Assembly (NCBI GenBank): GCA_963813025.1
Contig: CAWEXO010000011.1
Coordinates: 288,001 to 352,000 of the forward strand
DNA from: an uncultured Verrucomicrobiae bacterium
GTDB lineage: Bacteria > Verrucomicrobiota > Verrucomicrobiia > Chthoniobacterales > JAFAMB01
DNA length: 64,000 nt
Direction: 5' to 3'
Of the stretch, positions 18,351-29,343 are shown piece by piece. The notes beneath the pieces were generated by a model. The model was not told where the DNA came from and made no database searches. It saw nothing but the letters and a program-made list of their open reading frames with translations. Position 1 is the first letter of the stretch; each line of letters begins with the position of its first letter. Both the position numbers and the translations under genes were made by a program.

Positions 18351-19504
18351 CCGTTACGCGACCAAGACGGCTCAGAAATCCTCCCCAGACCTCCGATGAT
18401 CCGCATCTCATGACCGGCGGCAGTATCAAACATGTACAAACCGTTGCCGCGAGAAAAAAGGATGTGCCGGGAGTCCGGACCCCAAACCGGATTTTCCCCG
18501 TCGCTGACCAACTCCTTGGCCGAGCCCGAGTTGAGATCGAGCTGCGCGACCTGAAAACTGCCGCCGCTCCGGACGTTAAAGACTACCTTGGTACCGTCAG
18601 GCGACCAACTCGGCTCCGTACAATAGCCGAAGCCGGTTGCCACCAGACGTCCGGTACCGCCAGCGGCGGAAATGCGATAGAGCTGCGGAGTTCCCGCAGC
18701 ATCGGAAGTGTAGACAAGTTCGTTACCGGCCGGCGAAAATGTCGGCGATGACTCCACTCCAGGGGTATGGGTCAGGCGGCGTGGCGAGTCTCCGTTGATT
18801 CCTAATATGTAAAGCTCCGGATTGCCATCTTTGCTCAAGGTGCACGCGATTTCTCTCCCATCCGGGGAAAACGTCGGACCGGTATTGGTACCGGGAAATT
18901 TGACGATGCGATTGCGCGCGCCCGTCATGAGGTCAACCAGGTAAATGTCGGCGTAACCGCTCTGGTAGCCGGTGTACACCAATTTTCGGGCGTCCGGCGA
19001 CAAGGAGGGGTGGACACTGATGGCATTGTCATGAGTGAGCTGAACGGCATTCGCTCCGTCATAATCGGCCACATAGATTTCCTTGTGCCCAGTCCGGCTG
19101 GCGACGAAAGCGATCCGAGACGTGGCGATCCCTGGCTTCCCGGTCAATGTCTTTACGAGATCATCACTAAACTGGTGGACGACTCGGCGTCCTTCTCCAG
19201 AGTAGGTTTTGTCCAGAACGACGCCACCGGTTTTGTCGATCGCCTGACCATGGAAACTCTCCGGATTGGCGCCCCCGCTAATCGTGACCGTAGCGCTCGC
19301 GGGATCACCGACAGTCAGGGCGCCAGATAGCTCGATGTCGTTGCGCAAAACACCAGTCGCCGCCGGACCGCTCGGGCCGGGGACCTCCTTCAGATCACAA
19401 ACGATCGCGGTCCCCTTGCGGATCGTGATCACGGGGGATTGTGCGTCCTCCGCAGCTAGACCGGTTGCCGTGAGGAGCAGAAAACAAGCAAAAAGCTTCG
19501 TCAT
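18347..19504 (-). CDS. tolB: Tol-Pal beta-propeller protein TolB
   Basis: RIAFV, ADYDG, repeated P.FSPDG blades; upstream of pal. Confidence 0.9.
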   Translation of the reverse strand: MTKLFACFLLLTATGLAAEDAQSPVITIRKGTAIVCDLKEVPGPSGPAATGVLRNDIELSGALTVGDPASATVTISGGANPESFHGQAIDKTGGVVLDKTYSGEGRRVVHQFSDDLVKTLTGKPGIATSRIAFVASRTGHKEIYVADYDGANAVQLTHDNAISVHPSLSPDARKLVYTGYQSGYADIYLVDLMTGARNRIVKFPGTNTGPTFSPDGREIACTLSKDGNPELYILGINGDSPRRLTHTPGVESSPTFSPAGNELVYTSDAAGTPQLYRISAAGGTGRLVATGFGYCTEPSWSPDGTKVVFNVRSGGSFQVAQLDLNSGSAKELVSDGENPVWGPDSRHILFSRGNGLYMFDTAAGHEMRIIGGLGRISEPSWSRNG

Positions 19505-19579
19505 GAAAAAACCTCTCGCGATTTAACAAGCTGGCGCGGCAAGTCAAGGAGAAGGATAAAGACAGCGACGAAAATTCGC

Positions 19580-19822
19580 TCACGCCAGGTGATTGTCCTG
19601 GAGAAACTCCAGAGCCTTGGCCAAGCTCATTCGCTGCAAAAAATGCACCAGCATCGGGTCGGCGTCCGTCGGCAGCTCGGCTTTCAGCCGATCGAGCTCT
19701 TCGGAGTTTGCTTTGAGCCGGGAAAGTTGCTCGGCCGGATTCCGCTTCAGCTCCGCATCCCGGATAATGCCGAAGCGGCACCGCAAGTTGCTCGCCAAGT
19801 CCGAATAGTAATCCACCGCCAA
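19580..19822 (-). CDS. Small helical hypothetical protein
   Basis: 80-aa ORF with DPMLVHFLQRMS.AKALEFL. Confidence 0.6.
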   Translation of the reverse strand: MAVDYYSDLASNLRCRFGIIRDAELKRNPAEQLSRLKANSEELDRLKAELPTDADPMLVHFLQRMSLAKALEFLQDNHLA

Positions 19823-19847
19823 TCTAGTTATCGCCGAATTGGCCGGT

Positions 19848-20065
19848 GTTCAAGGAAGTTCAGGGAAGTTCAAGGAAGTTCGGGGAAAAGGAACTCGGCC
19901 AGAGACAGCGTTCAGCTCGTTAGTGGCTTCGTCATGCAACTACCGAAAACCTTCCAAGCCTCCTGTTAGAAGTAGCCTCTGTCATCTCGCCTTCCCTGAA
20001 CTTCCCTGAACTTCCCTGAACTTCCCTGAACTTCCTTGAACTTCCTTGAACTTCCTTGAACTTCC
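19848..20065. repeat. Inverted pair of decamer tandem arrays (GTTCArGGAA x4 / CTTCCyTGAA x7)
   Basis: Left array 19848-19887, right array 19991-20065, about 100-bp spacer, in a divergent promoter region. Confidence 0.92.
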
Positions 20066-20101
20066 GTTGTACTCGAAACTGACCTCGCGCACCGCAACGG
20101 C

Positions 20102-21343
20102 ATGAAAAGACCACCCCTGACAACCATTCTTTGTATTGTTTTTATCGATCTGATCGGGTTCGGAATGATCATCCCGATCCTGCCGCTGTACGCCGCGCGA
20201 TTTCAGGCTTCCGAATGGCAGATCGGGATTCTCTTGGCTTGTTATTCTTTCATGCAGTTCCTGTCCTCACCGGTTCTTGGATGGTTGTCCGACCGGTTCG
20301 GCCGGCGACCGGTTCTACTCTGCAGCTTGCTGGGATCGATGATCGGCTACATCCTGATGGCCAACGCCCGTTCGCTCGCGCTGCTCTTTGCCGCCCGGAT
20401 AATTTCCGGAATAGCGGGCGCCAGCGTCGGCACCGCATCTGCCTATATCGCGGACATCACGCCGCCGGAGAACCGGTCGCGCCGGATCGGCTTGATTGGC
20501 GCGGCATTCGGCATCGGCTTTGTGCTGGGACCCGCGATCGGAGGCATCCTGAGTCATTTCTCTGTGATCGCGCCGTTCTGGTTTGCCGCGGGGCTTTCTT
20601 TCCTGAACGCTCTGGCAGTTATCGCGTTTCTCCCGGAGCCGGTTCGTCACGCCGAACGCACCGGCCGTGCCGGTATCGCGGAAGTCCTTCGTCAAGCCGG
20701 CAGCTGGCGGTTGGCTGTCTTGATCTTGACTTACTTCGTCGCGATTGCCGGGTTTGCCATTGTGACGATGATATATCCACAAGTGAGCGAGCGCCGCTTT
20801 GGATTGAACCAGAGTCAAATCAGCTATCTCTTCGTGTTAATGGGCCTGATCGGGGCCGCGATTCAGGGGGGAGGAATTGGACGGCTCAGTCGACGATTTG
20901 GCGATCTGCATCTGGCGTGCGCCGGGCTGGCGATTATGGCCGTCAGCATGTGCTTGATGCCACTGGCGAGCTCGCTCTGGATGTTCGTCATCTTCACCAT
21001 TGGACTGGCCGTCGGCAACAGCCTTTCCCAGCCGACGCTCAATGCAATCGCTTCGAAAGGCGCAAGCGCAGCGCTCCAAGGACGAGTCCTCGGCTCACTG
21101 CAGTCAGCGGGAAGTCTGGGTCGTGTTTTCGGTCCAGTGATCGGCGGTGTCTTGCTGACCAGCGACCATCCGCGGCCAAATATTGAGTATGGCAACAGCC
21201 CTTTTCGAGTCGGCGGAATCGTGATGGCGGCGGCCTTTTTGGTCGCCCTGTCCTTGTTCCGGTCTACATCGCACCGCCTGGAGCCGCTGATAGCCGAAAG
21301 CAAACAGTCCAGCAGCAAGCCTGCATCGCCAACAAATCCGTAG
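20102..21343 (+). CDS. MFS transporter (DHA1/TetA-like)
   Basis: DLIGFG.IIP.LP, G.LSDRFGRRP, GP.IGG. Confidence 0.92.
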   Translation: MKRPPLTTILCIVFIDLIGFGMIIPILPLYAARFQASEWQIGILLACYSFMQFLSSPVLGWLSDRFGRRPVLLCSLLGSMIGYILMANARSLALLFAARIISGIAGASVGTASAYIADITPPENRSRRIGLIGAAFGIGFVLGPAIGGILSHFSVIAPFWFAAGLSFLNALAVIAFLPEPVRHAERTGRAGIAEVLRQAGSWRLAVLILTYFVAIAGFAIVTMIYPQVSERRFGLNQSQISYLFVLMGLIGAAIQGGGIGRLSRRFGDLHLACAGLAIMAVSMCLMPLASSLWMFVIFTIGLAVGNSLSQPTLNAIASKGASAALQGRVLGSLQSAGSLGRVFGPVIGGVLLTSDHPRPNIEYGNSPFRVGGIVMAAAFLVALSLFRSTSHRLEPLIAESKQSSSKPASPTNP

Positions 21344-21379
21344 GGAGTTGCTAGCGATGGACGGCTCTGGCCATTGGGC

Positions 21380-22138
21380 TCAGCCCAGCGACGAGGAAGC
21401 GGGTATGACAGCCCGCAGGTCCTCTGAGCGCATCTGCTCCAAGATCAATTTCAGGGCCGCCACCGAAACAGCAGAATGCTCGTGCAACAACAGGATTGCT
21501 CCCGGACGCAGCCCATTCTGTATTCGGTTGAAAATGCGCTCAGGACGTGTGTGGCCACTGTCAAAACCGCGCACCGACCAGCCGATCAGCCGCAATGAAC
21601 GCGCCGCCAGAATGGGATGAACAAATGGATTCTTCATCCCCGCAGGAGCTCGGAAAAGTCCGGGAACCGGCAGTGCAAACTCTCGTGCAATTGCTTCAAA
21701 ACCGTCGATCTCCCAGCGAAGCCGTTGCGGGGCAAAAGACCAGAACCAAAAGCGCGGGTGGGTCTTGGTATGATTGCCTAAGCTGTGACCTGCAGCAGCG
21801 ATTTGCTGAGCCAAGTGCGGCCATCGCGCGATATTGTCGCCGACCAGGAAAAAGGTCGCCTTCGCATCGAATTCGGCGAGCAGATCGAGAATGGCCAGGG
21901 TGGTACACGGATTTGGTCCGTCATCAATCGTCAGCCAAACTCCTCGGCTTTGCGTCTGAAAGCTTGTCGCAACTCGACCAAAGCCCTGCAGCGAAGGCCA
22001 CAGAGTGGTGGTGATCAGAGCGATATGGGAAAGGCAGAGAATCCAAAGCGACTCGAGGTACCCGGCTATCACCAGGGCCAACGTGAGGAACGGTGCGACG
22101 ACGATATACCAGAGTAAATAAGTCGGACGGAACTGCAC
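21380..22138 (-). CDS. Polysaccharide deacetylase (NodB domain)
   Basis: LTIDDGP, ATFF, GNHT..H, FRAP.G, LLHE. Confidence 0.92.
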   Translation of the reverse strand: MQFRPTYLLWYIVVAPFLTLALVIAGYLESLWILCLSHIALITTTLWPSLQGFGRVATSFQTQSRGVWLTIDDGPNPCTTLAILDLLAEFDAKATFFLVGDNIARWPHLAQQIAAAGHSLGNHTKTHPRFWFWSFAPQRLRWEIDGFEAIAREFALPVPGLFRAPAGMKNPFVHPILAARSLRLIGWSVRGFDSGHTRPERIFNRIQNGLRPGAILLLHEHSAVSVAALKLILEQMRSEDLRAVIPASSSLG

Positions 22139-22235
22139 CCTGATCTTTCTGCCATGTTCCTTGTCGCAAAAAAGGCTTTTTGCAAGAAAACGGCAGCCGC
22201 TGGTAAGCCGGTTTTAATTCATTCGCCGCGCGTCG

Positions 22236-22394
22236 TGGAGTGCGTGCGACTTGTCGCGGTTTTAGGATCCGCGCGGAATGCGGCCTGCTCCAAGGGCGGA
22301 ACCACGAAGTGAGGATCTCTCTGGCGAAAGGACCCGCTTGTCGAGGACCGCGCTCTGCGCGGTCTCAAAGCGGCGGCAAGTCGCACGCACTCCA
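22236..22394. mobile_element. 159-bp REPIN/MITE (GGAG-type REP ends), copy 1
   Basis: TGGAGTGCGTGCGACTTG ... CAAGTCGCACGCACTCCA; perfect inverted repeat extends to 22 bp. Confidence 0.85.
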
Positions 22395-22419
22395 CGACTT
22401 GTCCACGCTACAGGCCTGC

Positions 22420-23031
22420 CTAGCGTGAGTACAGCTCGACGACGAGCTGCTCATTCACAATCGGGGCGATTTCTTCCCGGGTAGGAACTCGAACCATTTT
22501 TCCCTGAAACTGGTCCTTATCCGCGACTAACCAATCGGGCACATTCAGGATCTGAGTAAGCTCCATGTTGCGCGTCGTCAAGCGCCGGGACGAGGGCCGA
22601 TCTTTGATCGTCACGAGGTCCCCCGGCTTCAGGTTGAACGATGAAATGTTCACCTTGCGGCCATTGACCAATACGTGTCCGTGGGAAACCAACTGTCGCG
22701 CACCGCTTCGCGAATTCGCAAAACCCAGCCGGTAAACAACATTGTCCAGCCGCGTTTCCAGCATCTGCAGGAGCGTCTCACCAGTGACTCCGCGTTTCCG
22801 CAGAGCGGTCTCGAAATAGCGACGGAACTGGCGTTCCATCAGTCCATATTGTAAACGCAGTTTCTGTTTTTCTCCGAGCGCAACCGAATAGTCAGAGTGC
22901 TTGCGTCGCGAACCTTTGGGTCCGTGCATTCCCGGAGGATAATTCTTACGCTCGAGCGCTTTGCTCGGGCCAAATAGCGCGACGCCGTAGCGGCGACTTA
23001 TCTTTGATTTAGGACCTGTATAACGAGCCAT
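22420..23031 (-). CDS. rpsD: 30S ribosomal protein S4
   Basis: MARYTGP, EKQKL, LETRLDNVV, ELYSR. Confidence 0.98.
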   Translation of the reverse strand: MARYTGPKSKISRRYGVALFGPSKALERKNYPPGMHGPKGSRRKHSDYSVALGEKQKLRLQYGLMERQFRRYFETALRKRGVTGETLLQMLETRLDNVVYRLGFANSRSGARQLVSHGHVLVNGRKVNISSFNLKPGDLVTIKDRPSSRRLTTRNMELTQILNVPDWLVADKDQFQGKMVRVPTREEIAPIVNEQLVVELYSR

Positions 23032-23049
23032 CTTCCAAATTCCTGATTC

Positions 23050-23616
23050 TCAGACACGCCGCTGTTTTGGCGGCCGGCACCCGTTGTGCGGGACCGGAGT
23101 GACGTCGCGAATAACCGATATTTCGAGTCCGATTGCCTGCATGGCGCGCACGGCTGATTCGCGCCCGGCGCCTGGTCCTTTTACCAGGACTTCCACTTCC
23201 TTCAGACCGTGGCCCATCGCCTGGCGGGAAGCGTCCTGCGCAACAAGTTGAGCCGCATACGCCGTGCTTTTGCGCGAGCCTTTAAACCCGACCTTACCCG
23301 CACTTGACCAGCCAATCACGTTACCGGCCGGGTCGGTGATGGAGACGATCGTGTTATTAAAAGTGGCCAAAACATGCGCTATTCCCGAGCTGACATTCTT
23401 GCTGCCCCTCGCCTTGATAATCTTCGACTTGTCGCCTTCGTTCGCGCTGAGGGACAGTGACGGTTTCTCCGCCCCCTCTCTTTTCGTTTTGGTCTTGGGA
23501 GATCTCGCTGCCTTGGGCCCGTCCGGTACGGGAGAGGCCGGAGACGCGGGAATCTCCGCGGCGGGAGTTGTCGCCGCCACCGGTTCCGATGCTGGAATCA
23601 CATTTTCGTCAGCCAT
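23050..23616 (-). CDS. rpsK: 30S ribosomal protein S11 (long N-terminal extension)
   Basis: [31 protein letters not shown]. Confidence 0.98.
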   Translation of the reverse strand: MADENVIPASEPVAATTPAAEIPASPASPVPDGPKAARSPKTKTKREGAEKPSLSLSANEGDKSKIIKARGSKNVSSGIAHVLATFNNTIVSITDPAGNVIGWSSAGKVGFKGSRKSTAYAAQLVAQDASRQAMGHGLKEVEVLVKGPGAGRESAVRAMQAIGLEISVIRDVTPVPHNGCRPPKQRRV

Positions 23617-23640
23617 GAATAAAATCTCACTAAAGCCCGC

Positions 23641-24036
23641 TTATACCTTCCCCGCTTTGGCGTCCTTGTTCCGCTGAACGCCGACAGTTTTGCGCGGACC
23701 TTTTCTCGTGCGGGCATTGGTTGAGGTCCGCTGTCCTCGGACGGGCAAACCGCGAATGTGGCGAATGCCCCGGTAACAGCGGATCGCTTGAAGCCGCTTC
23801 AAATTGCCCTGAATTTCGCGGCGCAGATCACCCTCGACCAACAAGCCGCTGCCGTTGATCGCGTGCACGATTTCCCCGAGCTGCTCCGGTGTAAGATTTT
23901 TAGCGCGAACATTCGGATCGATATTCGCTTGTTCCAGGATCTTGCGGGCGGTTTTCGGCCCGACGCCGTAGATATAAGGCAACGACGCTTCAATCCGTTT
24001 ATCTCCCGGTATTTCAACTCCAAGTAATCGAGGCAT
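23641..24036 (-). CDS. rpsM: 30S ribosomal protein S13
   Basis: [23 protein letters not shown]. Confidence 0.98.
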   Translation of the reverse strand: MPRLLGVEIPGDKRIEASLPYIYGVGPKTARKILEQANIDPNVRAKNLTPEQLGEIVHAINGSGLLVEGDLRREIQGNLKRLQAIRCYRGIRHIRGLPVRGQRTSTNARTRKGPRKTVGVQRNKDAKAGKV

Positions 24037-24069
24037 ATCAATATCGGCTAAAAGCTTAATGCATTCAAC

Positions 24070-24184
24070 CTAGCCCTGTCTCTGTTTGTGCCGTGGATTT
24101 TTGCAAACCACGCGCACAACGTTCTTTCCGTTTTATCACTCGGCAGCTCTCACACAGCCGCTTCACTGAAGGTCGTACTTTCAT
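24070..24184 (-). CDS. rpmJ: 50S ribosomal protein L36 (1-bp insertion; absent from ORF track)
   Basis: MKVRPSVKRLCESCRVIKRK/NVVRVVCKNPRHKQRQG*; 115 bp against 114 expected. Confidence 0.92.
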
Positions 24185-24270
24185 TGCAGGTTTGTCCAAA
24201 AAAGAGGACAAAAAAACGCTTCCCATCATGCTTACCGCGAAGGGGAGCGTCCGCGTTCACTAATTACCGA

Positions 24271-24486
24271 TCAACGCCGGAACCGTGATTCGGCCTTTCT
24301 CAGGTCGTAAGGCGACACTTCTACCATAACTTTGTCGCCTGGCAAGATCCGAATGAAATGCAGTCGCATTTTCCCAGAGATATGCGCCAGGATCCGGTGC
24401 CCATTGGGCAATTCGACCCGGAACATCGTATTCGGCAACAACTCAACTACCTTGCCTTCAACTTCGATGACGTCTTTTCGCGCCAT
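24271..24486 (-). CDS. infA: Translation initiation factor IF-1
   Basis: [34 protein letters not shown]. Confidence 0.97.
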   Translation of the reverse strand: MARKDVIEVEGKVVELLPNTMFRVELPNGHRILAHISGKMRLHFIRILPGDKVMVEVSPYDLRKAESRFRR

Positions 24487-25226
24487 GTCAAAACTTCGGG
24501 TTCCCCTTTCGTCACTAAGACCGTGTGTTCAAAGTGAGCCGATGGCAGCTGGTCGGCGGTCACCACCGTCCAATCGTCTTCTAAAACGCGGACAGCCGGA
24601 CGTCCTATAGTTCACCATCGGCTCGATCGCCAAGGTCATGCCGGCCTGCAATTTCGCGGTCGCACCCGGAGTCCGGTAATTAGGGATCTGCGGTTCCTCG
24701 TGCAAATGGCATCCCACGCCATGGCCGACAAACTCTCGCACCACACTGAATCCATTGGTCTCCACTTCATCCTGGATCGCCGCGCAAAGCTCGCTGAGGC
24801 GACGCCCTTCCCGCGCTTTGTCAATGCCCTTGCTGCAAAGCCTCTTCCGTGACCGCCAACAGCCTCTGCGCCTCCTCGGTAAATAACGCCGACCGGCACC
24901 GTTGCAGCAGTATCGCCCACGAATCCGCTCAAAATAACCCCGATGTCCAGTTTCACGAGATCTCCATACTGGATCCGACGCGGGCCGCCAATACCGTGGA
25001 CGACTTCGTCGTTGATGGATATGCAAATATTGCCAGGGAAACGCTTGTAGCCCAGAAAGGCGCTGCGGCAACCCGCATCGGCCATGAGTTTAGCCGCCGC
25101 CAAATCCACTTCCCGCGTTGTCACCCCGGGGTAGATCATTGCACTCACCGCATCCAGCACTTGGCTGGCCAGACGACAGGAAGCCCGCATTTTTTCCACT
25201 TCTTGCGCTGTCTTAATCGGAATCAT
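24447..25226 (-). CDS. map: Methionine aminopeptidase (frameshifted)
   Basis: [33 protein letters not shown] spread over several frames. Confidence 0.92.
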
Positions 25227-25866
25227 CCACAATCGCTCTCTGCACGTCGGCAAATACTTGATCTACATCGCGGTCGCCATTGATGACGGTCAATATACCG
25301 CGTTCGAAATAAAAATCCGTAACGGGCACGGTTTTCTTCCGGAACTCAGCGAGACGCGTTGCCAGAGCTTCGCAATTGTCGTCCGCTCGCACCTCCAGAA
25401 CACCGCCGCAGTTTGGACATGGGTCACTCTTTCTCCGCAATTGGTGTCCCAGCGTGACTGCCTTTCCGCAGTTGCGGCAGGTCAACCTGCTCGCCATGCG
25501 CTGCACAACGGTACTTTCCGACACATCGATAAACAGTGCGAGTTGGAGTGGTTGCCTGCGCCGATCAAGCAAACGCTCGAAGCCGATGGCCTGAGGCAAG
25601 GTACGCGGAAAACCGTCAAAGCCGAACGAGTCTCCGCAGAGATCGATCCAGGCCGCGACGACCTGCATGACCAGGTCGTCCGGCGCAAAGCTCCCGGACG
25701 CGATTATCGCCTTGATCTCCCGGCCCAAAGCGGTTCCATATTTGGCTTCCTCGCGCAGAATCGCTCCGGTAGAGGTAACCCGGATGCCCAACTTTTGCTG
25801 GATCAAGTCCGACTGGGTGCCCTTGCCCGAAGCAGGCGGTCCGAGAAGTACAATGCGCCTTTTCAC
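25213..25866 (-). CDS. adk: Adenylate kinase
   Basis: GPPASGKGTQ, DGFPRT..QA, CxxC...CxxC lid. Confidence 0.95.
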   Translation of the reverse strand: MKRRIVLLGPPASGKGTQSDLIQQKLGIRVTSTGAILREEAKYGTALGREIKAIIASGSFAPDDLVMQVVAAWIDLCGDSFGFDGFPRTLPQAIGFERLLDRRRQPLQLALFIDVSESTVVQRMASRLTCRNCGKAVTLGHQLRRKSDPCPNCGGVLEVRADDNCEALATRLAEFRKKTVPVTDFYFERGILTVINGDRDVDQVFADVQRAIVDDSD

Positions 25867-25883
25867 CCTCTGAGACGGCCACG

Positions 25884-27393
25884 CTAGCGCTGGTTAAAGA
25901 AAATCGAAGCAGCTACGCCGACGACCGCAACCGCGGCAAAGGCAACGAAGAGCCACAAAAGAGTCTTCTCTTTGACGACGGAGCCGGTACTAGCGGTCAC
26001 TCTCTCGAAGCGGCCCCGCAGCCGGCCTTTCCGCAAAAAGCCGTCGTAATGGCGTTGCAAGAGGTGGGTCTCAACCTGGCGCATGGTGTCAAGCAGGACG
26101 CCAACGATGATGAGCACACTGGTGCCGCCGAAGAATCGCGCGGTCATCCGGGGAACGCCGCAAAGGGTGATGAGTGTCTCGGGAATGACGGCGATGATGG
26201 TCAGGAACAAGGCGCCGGCAAAGGTGAGCCGGGTCAGGCTGAACTCCAGGAAGTCGGCGGTCGGTTTTCCCGGACGAACGCCTGGAATGTAGCCGTCGTA
26301 CTTTTTCAGGTCATCCGCGATCTGCGCCGGCTGGAATTGCGTTGCGACCCAGAAATAACTGAAGAAGAAGATCAGGGCGGCGGTCATGAGCGTAATGCAG
26401 CCAGCCGACGGCTAGCGCGTTGGAAAGTCGGACCGCCCATTCGGCGTTGCGGAACGCCATGCTCAAGATCGTGGACGGAAAGAGAAGGATCGCCTGGGCG
26501 AAGATGATCGGCATCACGCCGACCGCGTTGACCTTTAAAGGCATATATTGCGTCTGACCGCCATAGACCTTTCGCCCGACAACGCGCTTCGCGTATTGAA
26601 CGCTGACTCGCCGCTGCCCTTGGGTCAGCGCGATTACACCGGCGATCACGATGACCAGGAACACGATCATGAGTACGAGCACCATCGGACTCACCTGGCT
26701 GGGGCGCCGCTCGCCGGAACGAACGTGTTCCACGCCTGGACGAGTGCGCCCGGCAGTGCGGCGACGATGCCCACCGTGATGATCATCGACATCCCGTTGC
26801 CAATGCCGCGATCGGTAATCTGGTCGCCGATCCACATCAAGAACATAGTTCCGGCGCTCAGCGTGATGACCGTCACGATCTGGAAGCCGAGCCCGGGATT
26901 AGTGACCAAAGGATCCAAGTCTTGCGGTCACCGCGCCGATGCCCTGGAGGAAGGGATTGGAGGCAGGGTTTTCCATCGAAACTGCCAGCAGATAGCCTTG
27001 GAACAGACAAAGCGCGAGCGTCGCGTACCGGGTGTACTGCATGATCTTCTGCCGGCCGCCAGTCTCCTCCCGCGTCAGCTTGTTCAATCGCGGGATCAAC
27101 CGCCGTCAGCAACTGCATCATGATCGAGGCGCTGATGTAGGGCATGATGCCAAGCGAAAAAACGGCGCAATGCTCCAAGCGCGCCGCCGGCAAAGATATT
27201 GAAAAGCGCGGCGACATCCCCCGCTGCTCGCCCGCGCCATCTCGCTGTTGAACCACTCATTCAGCACATGTGCGTTCACCCCGGGGATAGTGATCGCGGC
27301 GCCCGCCCGAACGATCACCAGCATCCCGAGCGTGAACAGAATCCGCTGACGTAGCTCCGGAATTTTAAAGATATTGGTAAAAGCGGAGATCAT
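25884..27393 (-). CDS. secY: Preprotein translocase SecY (multiple frameshifts)
   Basis: [40 protein letters not shown]. Confidence 0.95.
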
Positions 27394-27407
27394 GGTGGAG
27401 CACTCGG

Positions 27408-27853
27408 TTAGGCGCGAATGATCACGGTGCCGCCCGCTCGTTCGATCTTTTGCCTCGCCGCTTCGCTGAACGTCGGCTTCGATCGTCAGCTTCTTTTTCA
27501 GTTCGCCTCGGCCAAGAATCTTCAGGCCGTCAACGTTCCCGCGGATGAAGCCCTTGTCGCGAAGAACCTGCTCGTTGACGTGGCTGCCAGCGTCAAACTC
27601 GCTCAGATCGCCGAGGTTGACGATGGCGTACGCTTTCTTGAAACGCAGTTGTTGTTAAAACCGCGTTTGGGCAGGCGGCGAATCAGCGGCATCTGACCGC
27701 CTTCAAACCCGAGCCGGATGCTGCCGCCCGAACGGGCTTTCTGGCCCTTGTGGCCTTTGCCGCTGGTCTTGCCGTGGCCGGAACTCTCGCCGCAGCCGAG
27801 GCGTTTGACCCGATGCTTCGCGCCGGCCGCGGCTTCAGTTTGTGTAACCGCAT
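27408..27853 (-). CDS. rplO: 50S ribosomal protein L15 (frameshifted)
   Basis: [31 protein letters not shown] read on the minus strand. Confidence 0.92.
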
Positions 27854-27872
27854 AACAAATCGTTCCGTTCGC

Positions 27873-28395
27873 TCAGGCGTTGCTTGTGCTGCCGCGGAGC
27901 CTGAAAATCTCTGCCCGGTGCCGGAGCGATCGCAGCGCCTCGATCGTGGCTTTCACCACATTTGCGTGATTGCTGGAGCCAAGCGATTTCGCCAGCACGT
28001 CCTTGATGCCCGCCGCTTCGACCACCGCGCGCACGCCGCCGCCGGCAATCACGCCGGTGCCCGGAGAAGCGGGCCGCAGAAGAACGCGACCGCCACCAAA
28101 TTCGCCGATGACTTCATGCGGAATGGTGTTCTCGTGGACGGCAACGCGCACCATCGCTTTGCGTGCGGATTCGGAAGCTTTGCGAATCGCTTCCGAGACT
28201 TCATTCGCTTTCCCGAAGCCGTAGCCGACTTTGCCCTTGTGGTCGCCGGCCACGATGAGCGCGCTGAAACTAAAACGTCGTCCGCCTTTCACAACTTTCG
28301 CGCAGCGATTGATAAACACTACTTTTTCGGTAGTATCACCTTTTGTCTCGGCGGTCGCCTGCGGGATCATTTCGACGATGTCTTGCGTCTGCCAT
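27873..28395 (-). CDS. rpsE: 30S ribosomal protein S5
   Basis: [23 protein letters not shown]. Confidence 0.96.
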
Positions 28396-28408
28396 AATTT
28401 TGAAAAAT

Positions 28409-28769
28409 CTAGAACTGAAGGCCGGCAGCACGCGCCGCATCGGCCAACGCTTTCACTCTCCCATGGTAGCCAAAGCCGCCCCGGTCAAATACCACGGTTT
28501 TCACGTTTTGCTGTAAACTGCTTTCCGCGACCAAGCGTGCCGACTTTCTCCGCCAGTCGCCACGTTAACCGTGCGGGCGCCGTTCGCCCCGAAGTCCCGC
28601 TTCCGCGGTGGACGCGGCCGCCAGGGTTTTGCCGCGCGCATCGTCGATCACTTGGGCATAAATGTGCTGACCGGAAATGTGCACCGAGAGACGCGGACGT
28701 TCCGTCGTGCCCGCCACTTTTTGCGAATCCGGTCGGTGCCGTATTTTTCGGCGATCGAACTGTTGCCAT
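28409..28769 (-). CDS. rplR: 50S ribosomal protein L18 (frameshifted)
   Basis: Position; HIYAQ.IDD, VFDRGG..YHGRV, AGLQF fragments. Confidence 0.88.
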
Positions 28770-28788
28770 TGTTTCCTTTCCGTCTCCG

Positions 28789-29333
28789 TTATTGGACCGT
28801 TTTGCCTTCCTTGCGCCTGATCTGTTCGCCGGCGTAGCGGATGCCTTTGCCTTTATAGGGCTCCGGCGGGTAGATACGCCCGAATATCGGCGGCCACCTG
28901 GCCGACCATCTGTTTGTCGATTCCTTCGATCAAAATCTTCGTGTTTTCCTGTACCGTGATTTTGATCCCTTCCGGAATCGGAAACACCACCGGGTGCGAG
29001 AAACCGAGGCTCAGATTCAGATTTGTTCCCCTGAACCTGGGCGCGGAAGCCGACGCCCTGAATCTCGAGGCTTTTCTGAAACCCCTGGCTCACGCCCATC
29101 ACCATGTTCTGAACAAGACTCGGGAAAGACCATGCAGGGCTCGACACGCTTCTTGTTTCCTCAGCCGCGCTCGAGAGCCGCGTGCTCGACCTTCAACGCC
29201 GAGCTTGATCTGCGGCGGCAATGTCCAGTCCAGCTTGCCTTTCGGACCTTCGACCGTCACGGCGCCGCCGTCGGCAACATCAAGCTTTACTTTTTCCGGC
29301 AACTCGAATCCGTTTATTTCCGATTCGCGACAT
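28789..29333 (-). CDS. rplF: 50S ribosomal protein L6 (frameshifted)
   Basis: [25 protein letters not shown]. Confidence 0.92.
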
Positions 29334-29343
29334 TTCGACCTCC

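Noticed and set aside
19848..20065. CRISPR array
   Set aside because: Units are contiguous 10-mers without unique spacers, and no cas genes are present
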